Positions 24,680 to 32,000 of a DNA stretch of 32,000 nt are shown one piece after another. The translations under genes were made by a program, and so were the position numbers. Within the stretch, counting starts at the first letter, position 1; every line of letters starts with the position of its first letter. This DNA is from Methanobacterium formicicum DSM 3637 (lineage in GTDB: Archaea; Methanobacteriota; Methanobacteria; Methanobacteriales; Methanobacteriaceae), in assembly GCF_000302455.1 (NCBI RefSeq), contig NZ_AMPO01000001.1:353014-385013 (forward strand), given 5' to 3'. Under the pieces are notes generated by a model that did no database searches, was not told where the DNA came from, and saw only the letters and a list, made by a program, of their open reading frames with translations.

Positions 24680-27600
24680 TTAAATCCTATTTTTATACTT
24701 TAATTCTTTAAAAATGATTTTGAATTCTGTGCCCTGACTTTTATTTAGAGTGATAATTCCATCAAGTTGATTTACTAAATTATTTACTAATTTAAGTCCA
24801 AGAGTATCCGTGTTTTTAAAATCAATCTCTTCAGGGAATCCAATTCCATTATCCCCTATCTTAAGTTCATATTTATCATCATCGGTTCTAAGACAAACAC
24901 AGATTTCTCCTTTTTTACCCTCTGGAAATGCATGTTTAAGACTATTGGAAACCAGTTCGCTTATTATGAGGCCACAAGGAATTGCAGTTTCAATGTTTAA
25001 CATTATGTTTTCGATTTTGATTGTGGGCTTTATCTGGCCTTCTTTGAGTCTATATGAATAAAAAAGACCGTGTATAAGGCTCTGGATATAATTTTCAAAA
25101 TTGATTTTAGTTAAATCATTGGACTGGGATAATTTCTCGTAGATGGTGGCCATGGCCTTAACTCTATCCTGACTCTCCTTTAGGACATTAACAGTTTCAG
25201 CACTGATAACATATTGACTCTGAAGGTTTAAGAGACTGGAAATGATCTGCATGTTGTTTTTCACACGGTGATGTATTTCACTTAAAAGAACTTCCTTTTC
25301 ATTGAGAGATTTTTTTATCTTATCTTCTGCTTTTTTCCTGTCGGTAATATCACGGGCTACATGTACAATTCCACTCAGCTTCCCATCTGAATCATGTAAT
25401 GGTGATACACTGACAATGAAATCACCACCCAGACGATCCTCATGAACCTCAACAGTGTGCTCCTGACCATCTTCAAGCAATTTTATGTAGGGACAAAATG
25501 ATGGGGGTGAATCTAATCCATGTACTACTTTATAACAGGTAAGTCCAACTGCTTCTTCAGGATCCACCCCTAATCTGTTGGCCATGGCCTTGTTGGCACG
25601 GACAACATGAAAATTAGTATCCAATATAACTATTAGGTCTGGAACGCTATCGAATGTATGTTCCCATTCCTCCTTTGCCCGGAGAATTGCATCATCATTT
25701 TTTTTCCGTTGGGTGATGTCTCTGGCGATTGTGGATATTCCAATTAGATCATGGGAGGCGTCAAAAATAGGGGACAGGGTTAATGAAACATTTATTTCTT
25801 TCCCATCTTTCCTCACCCTTATAGTTTCATAATGGAGGATACGTTGGCCCTGTTTGATTTTTTCGATGAACTTTTTTGTTTCATCCTTCAGATGAGGTTG
25901 TGCCAGGACGGAAATATCTTTTCCCACAATTTCTTCAGCAGGATATCCATAAATCAACTCTGCACCTTTATTCCAGCTGGTTATCTGCCCGTCAAGTAAC
26001 TTGGATATAATGGCATCATCAGATGATTCCACCACGTTGGCCAGCATCTGAATTTTCTCTTCAAATTTTTGGAGTTGGGTGATGTCGCGTGCTGCTGCGA
26101 AAACTCCAACCACGTTCCCTGATTCGTCTTTATACAATGAAGCATTGTATAAGATAGGAGTTATATGGCCATTGGGGTGTTGAATCTTTAAAGGATAATC
26201 ACGTACAAAACCTTCTTTGAAGACTTTTTGATAGCCTTTTCTGGCTTTGTCTGGTTCTGTGAAGTAATCTGAAAAGTCAGTGCCGATAATTTTCTCCCGG
26301 GAGTAGCCTGTAACCTTTTCAGTTGCCTGGTTAACATCGGTGATCTTACCATCTGGCCCAATGGTAACCAGAGGATCCAGACTGGATTCGATCAAGCTAC
26401 GATTATACAGACTTGCCATTTTGAGTTCATCTTTTACTCGTTTTAGTTCAGCTCGCTCACGTAGAGCGGTTATGCCAAAGGCCAGATTGCCTGCCAGTTC
26501 CTCCATGAGCCAAATTTCATCTTGAGTAATTGCGTTGGCTTCGGAGGAGTAAATCATGAGAACTCCAAATACATTATTGTTTTTGTCTTTAAGGGGCAGA
26601 GCAATACCTGAACGGTATCCGTGCTGCAATGCACTTTCGCGCCACGGGCCCATTAAGGGATCAGTGGTGAAATCCTGAACATAAACGATTTCTCCACTCC
26701 TTATAACTATTCCTGCAGGACCTAAACCTTTCTCTGTGTCTTTTGACCAACTCAGTTTGGTATTAGTGACATATCCGCTATCAAATCCTGCCCATGCTAC
26801 CGGTTGGATGGTTTTATTTTTATCGTGCTCAGCGTATCCCACCCAAGCCAGACGGTATCCTGCTTCGTCACAAATGATACGGCATATGTCTATCAGTAGG
26901 GTGTGCTCGTCTACGGCCCTTAATAATGTCTGGTTACAGTTACTAATGGCTTTTAATTTACGATTCAAACTTTTTTGTTCCTTTTCTGCCTGCTTTCGTT
27001 CTGAAATATCTCTTATTATGATCATATCTGCTGTTTGGCCTTTCCAAACCGTTTTCGCACCTGTAAATTCAATTGGAATAACTTTCTTATTTTTCCGCAC
27101 AATAATGGTTTCGTGTGTTGGGGATAGAGGTTCGTCGGCAATTCTGCTATTATACCTTTCCATTAATCCTTTTATTTCATTAGGGTGCGCTAAATCACAT
27201 ATACTTGTATTAACCAATTCTTCAACCGTGTATCCGGTTATTTCTGCTGCCATCTGGTTGGCATATACATGGATTCCTTCTCCAGTGGCAATAAGGATAC
27301 CTTCACTGGCATTGTCTGCCATGGCCCTGAAGTTTTCCATGATTTCATGGGTCTTCTCATCTGCTTTTTGTTGTTGGGTGATGTCGCGTGCTGCTGCGAA
27401 AACTCCAACCACGTCCCCTGATTCGCCTTTATAAACTGATGCGTTGTACAGTACAGGAGTTATGCTTCCATTTTTGTGTTGAATTTTTAAGAGGTAGTCC
27501 CTAACATATCCTTCCTTAAAAACTTGCTGATAACCCTCTTTGGCTTTTTCAGGTGTGGTGAAATAGTTTGAAAAGTCCGTTCCTATTAATTCTGCTCTTG

Positions 27601-28147
27601 AGTAGCCAGTCACCATTTCCGTGGCCCGGTTAACATCGGTGATCTTACCCTCCGGACCAATGGTAACCAGAGGATCCAGACTAGCTTCAATCAAGCTACG
27701 ATTATAAAGACTTGCCAACTTAAGATCATTTTCAGTTTTTCTACGGAGGGCTTCGGCATCATCCCTAACTTTCTCCACTGATTTTTTGTACAGGGCAATA
27801 TCAATAGTGTATTTCAGTTCAAGAGGGTCGTATGGTTTTATTATAAATCCATAAGGTTCGGTAAGTTTAGCTTCTTGGACAGTAGCTTCTTCAGAATGGG
27901 CTGTCAAATATATAAACGGGATTTTAAGTTTTTTAATGTTGGATGCTACTTTAATACCGTTAAAATTTCCTTTTAAAACTATATCTATCAAAACAAGATC
28001 GGGCATAATATCTAATGCTTTTTCTACAGCTTCTTCGCCACGTGAAGCGATATATGGAACATTATAACCGAAAGATTCCAGTGTGTGCTTGATATCCAGG
28101 GCTTCTATGCTTTCATCCTCTACCAGAAGGATATTTACATCTGCCAT
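24680..28147 (-). CDS. hybrid sensor histidine kinase: REC + multiple PAS + GAF + HisKA_2/HATPase_c
   Basis: 1155 aa: REC MADVNILLVEDESIEALDIK...LVLIDIVL...IYLTAHSEE...IKPYDP; repeated PAS (LYNRSLIEASLDPLVTIGPEGKITDVN); GAF (ICRIICDEAGYRLAWVGYAE); LLSEIHHRVKNNMQIISSLLNLQS; N-box, DNGIGFPEE and GLKLVNNLV. Confidence 0.93.
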   Translation of the reverse strand: MADVNILLVEDESIEALDIKHTLESFGYNVPYIASRGEEAVEKALDIMPDLVLIDIVLKGNFNGIKVASNIKKLKIPFIYLTAHSEEATVQEAKLTEPYGFIIKPYDPLELKYTIDIALYKKSVEKVRDDAEALRRKTENDLKLASLYNRSLIEASLDPLVTIGPEGKITDVNRATEMVTGYSRAELIGTDFSNYFTTPEKAKEGYQQVFKEGYVRDYLLKIQHKNGSITPVLYNASVYKGESGDVVGVFAAARDITQQQKADEKTHEIMENFRAMADNASEGILIATGEGIHVYANQMAAEITGYTVEELVNTSICDLAHPNEIKGLMERYNSRIADEPLSPTHETIIVRKNKKVIPIEFTGAKTVWKGQTADMIIIRDISERKQAEKEQKSLNRKLKAISNCNQTLLRAVDEHTLLIDICRIICDEAGYRLAWVGYAEHDKNKTIQPVAWAGFDSGYVTNTKLSWSKDTEKGLGPAGIVIRSGEIVYVQDFTTDPLMGPWRESALQHGYRSGIALPLKDKNNNVFGVLMIYSSEANAITQDEIWLMEELAGNLAFGITALRERAELKRVKDELKMASLYNRSLIESSLDPLVTIGPDGKITDVNQATEKVTGYSREKIIGTDFSDYFTEPDKARKGYQKVFKEGFVRDYPLKIQHPNGHITPILYNASLYKDESGNVVGVFAAARDITQLQKFEEKIQMLANVVESSDDAIISKLLDGQITSWNKGAELIYGYPAEEIVGKDISVLAQPHLKDETKKFIEKIKQGQRILHYETIRVRKDGKEINVSLTLSPIFDASHDLIGISTIARDITQRKKNDDAILRAKEEWEHTFDSVPDLIVILDTNFHVVRANKAMANRLGVDPEEAVGLTCYKVVHGLDSPPSFCPYIKLLEDGQEHTVEVHEDRLGGDFIVSVSPLHDSDGKLSGIVHVARDITDRKKAEDKIKKSLNEKEVLLSEIHHRVKNNMQIISSLLNLQSQYVISAETVNVLKESQDRVKAMATIYEKLSQSNDLTKINFENYIQSLIHGLFYSYRLKEGQIKPTIKIENIMLNIETAIPCGLIISELVSNSLKHAFPEGKKGEICVCLRTDDDKYELKIGDNGIGFPEEIDFKNTDTLGLKLVNNLVNQLDGIITLNKSQGTEFKIIFKELKYKNRI

Positions 28148-28321
28148 AATACACCTGATATCATTATGTTGTTTAAGATATTTGTTTTTAGCGAAAATGC
28201 GCTTTACTGGAAATGGGTAGAAATATCCAGTTAAATCGAGTTAAATAAATTAGTTTAGTCTCTTAAAAGATTAAAAAAAGTTAAATTGGTAAAAATAATT
28301 TAAAAAAGTTAAAAAGAAATT

Positions 28322-28345
28322 AAGAGCACAATTAGTGCCCTCAGA
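28322..28345 (-). terminator. possible hairpin downstream of fae-hps
   Basis: Minus strand GAGGGCAC-taatt-GTGCTC followed by a T-rich stretch (imperfect stem), just past the stop. Confidence 0.35.
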
Positions 28346-28355
28346 AGTTCTTTTT

Positions 28356-29576
<1,221 letters not shown>

Positions 29577-29778
29577 AATAATGATCCTCCAATTTAAGTC
29601 TAAATTTATACATTAATTCTATGAATGATGGATTATAAATAGATATTCTACCCATCCATAAAAGTTCTACCCGTCCAAAAAAGCTGAATTCTCCACAACC
29701 TGTTTTGGGAATGAAAAAAAGTAAGGGGGTAGAAAAAAGTAAAAAATTTATTTTAGGGTTAAAAAAGGTTTAGATGGA

Positions 29779-31071
<1,293 letters not shown>

Positions 31072-31368
31072 GAATTCACCTCTTAAATTTTCCTTGATTT
31101 CAAATTTAATTCCTATACGCATTATTTGAAAGATTTACTCCTTAATTATGCATATTAACTGGATTTAATAAATGGGAAATCTTGAAAAATCAATGAAATA
31201 ATCTTTGTATTTTTATAGATTTTTTAGACGTTCCCCTATATAATTGTCTGACACAAGGATATGCTTAACGTACTACTTAAATCTTTGTTGTATAGATATG
31301 TACATTTTATTGGTGTATCATTGAGTGGGGTGTTAATTCTTATTATAAAAGGGTCTATACTATAAAAC

Positions 31369-32000
31369 ATGAAAATACTGGCAATAGATGTGGGTACCGG
31401 GACCCAGGATATAATGCTATATGATTCTTATGAATCAATGGAGAATGCAGTGAAGATGGTTCTTCCTTCTCCTACACAAATAATGGCCAACAGGATAAAA
31501 AAACATCATCATGACCTGTTTTTGAGTGGTGAAACCATGGGTGGGGGTCCCATAAATAAGGCCATAAAAACTCATCTTGATAAAGGTTACCGGGTGGTGA
31601 TGACCGAAAATTCAGCCAGAACAGTCCGGGATGACCTGGAACGGGTAAGGTCTACCGGAGTGGAAATTATTCAGGGAACAGAAAAACATCCCGAAATCCC
31701 AGAATTAGAGCTAAAAGATGTTGATTTAACTGCAATCCGGGATGCTCTTTCGAATTTTGATGTGGAACTTGATTTTGACCGTATTGGGGTGGCAGTGCAG
31801 GATCATGGTTACCAGGCAGGAACTGGTGACCGGAACTTCCGTTTCCAGAAGATAAGGGAGAAACTTGACATTCCACGGGCACCGGAAGAGTTTGCCTATC
31901 CTGGTGAAATCCCAGAATACTTCACTCGTATGCAGGGAGTTAAGAGAACCCTTAAAGGTTACCAACCACTTATAATGGATTCTAAATTCGCTTCTATTTG
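31369..32000 (+). CDS. DUF1786-like protein (truncated by window end)
   Basis: Open frame from ATG 31369 to window end, absent from the ORF track: MKILAIDVGTGTQDIMLYDSYESMENAVKMVLPSPTQIMANRIKK..., MGGGPINKAIKTHLDKGYRVVMTENSARTVRDDLERVRSTGVEIIQG. Confidence 0.8.
   Translation, partial: MKILAIDVGTGTQDIMLYDSYESMENAVKMVLPSPTQIMANRIKKHHHDLFLSGETMGGGPINKAIKTHLDKGYRVVMTENSARTVRDDLERVRSTGVEIIQGTEKHPEIPELELKDVDLTAIRDALSNFDVELDFDRIGVAVQDHGYQAGTGDRNFRFQKIREKLDIPRAPEEFAYPGEIPEYFTRMQGVKRTLKGYQPLIMDSKFASI

Noticed and set aside
26736-27434. 232-aa + strand ORF inside the histidine kinase gene.
   Set aside because: Antisense shadow ORF of a long, well-supported coding sequence; low-complexity Ser-rich translation with no domain.

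Overview
This window looks like core chromosome of a hydrogenotrophic methanogen, most likely Methanobacterium or another Methanobacteriales member. That placement rests on mtd, fae-hps, an archaeal ThrRS and a CfbB/CobB-type amidotransferase, plus AT-rich intergenic DNA. I call 26 coding regions: purD, a coiled-coil protein, argF, a TetR-family regulator, argS, an S26B signal peptidase, ilvD, thrS, an M24 peptidase, a ParA-type ATPase and its small translationally coupled partner, a radical-SAM+HhH protein, cfbB/cobB, a Wzy-like polytopic membrane protein, mtd, an HD protein, a flavodoxin, two tandem TMEM175-like proteins, hisB, a 2[4Fe-4S]-type ferredoxin, an FMN/iron-sulfur flavoprotein, a REC/multi-PAS/GAF histidine kinase, fae-hps, trpB2, and a 3'-truncated DUF1786-like gene that the ORF track omits. 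I found no tRNA, rRNA, CRISPR array, transposase or prophage. The most interesting material is: (1) a ParA gene coupled to a mini partner that keeps only a ParB-like 'LGRGLDALI' box, bracketed by clusters of the 9-mer TAACTTATA/TATAAGTTA; (2) three nearly identical palindromes (TTTCTAC-T/A-GTAGAAA) upstream of the Wzy-like gene; (3) short imperfect tandem arrays with ~22-30 nt periods that start at or beside stop codons of three genes; (4) twin AAGGTT-N3/4-AACCTT palindromes between the TetR gene and argS. All functional interpretations are hypotheses from sequence inspection only.
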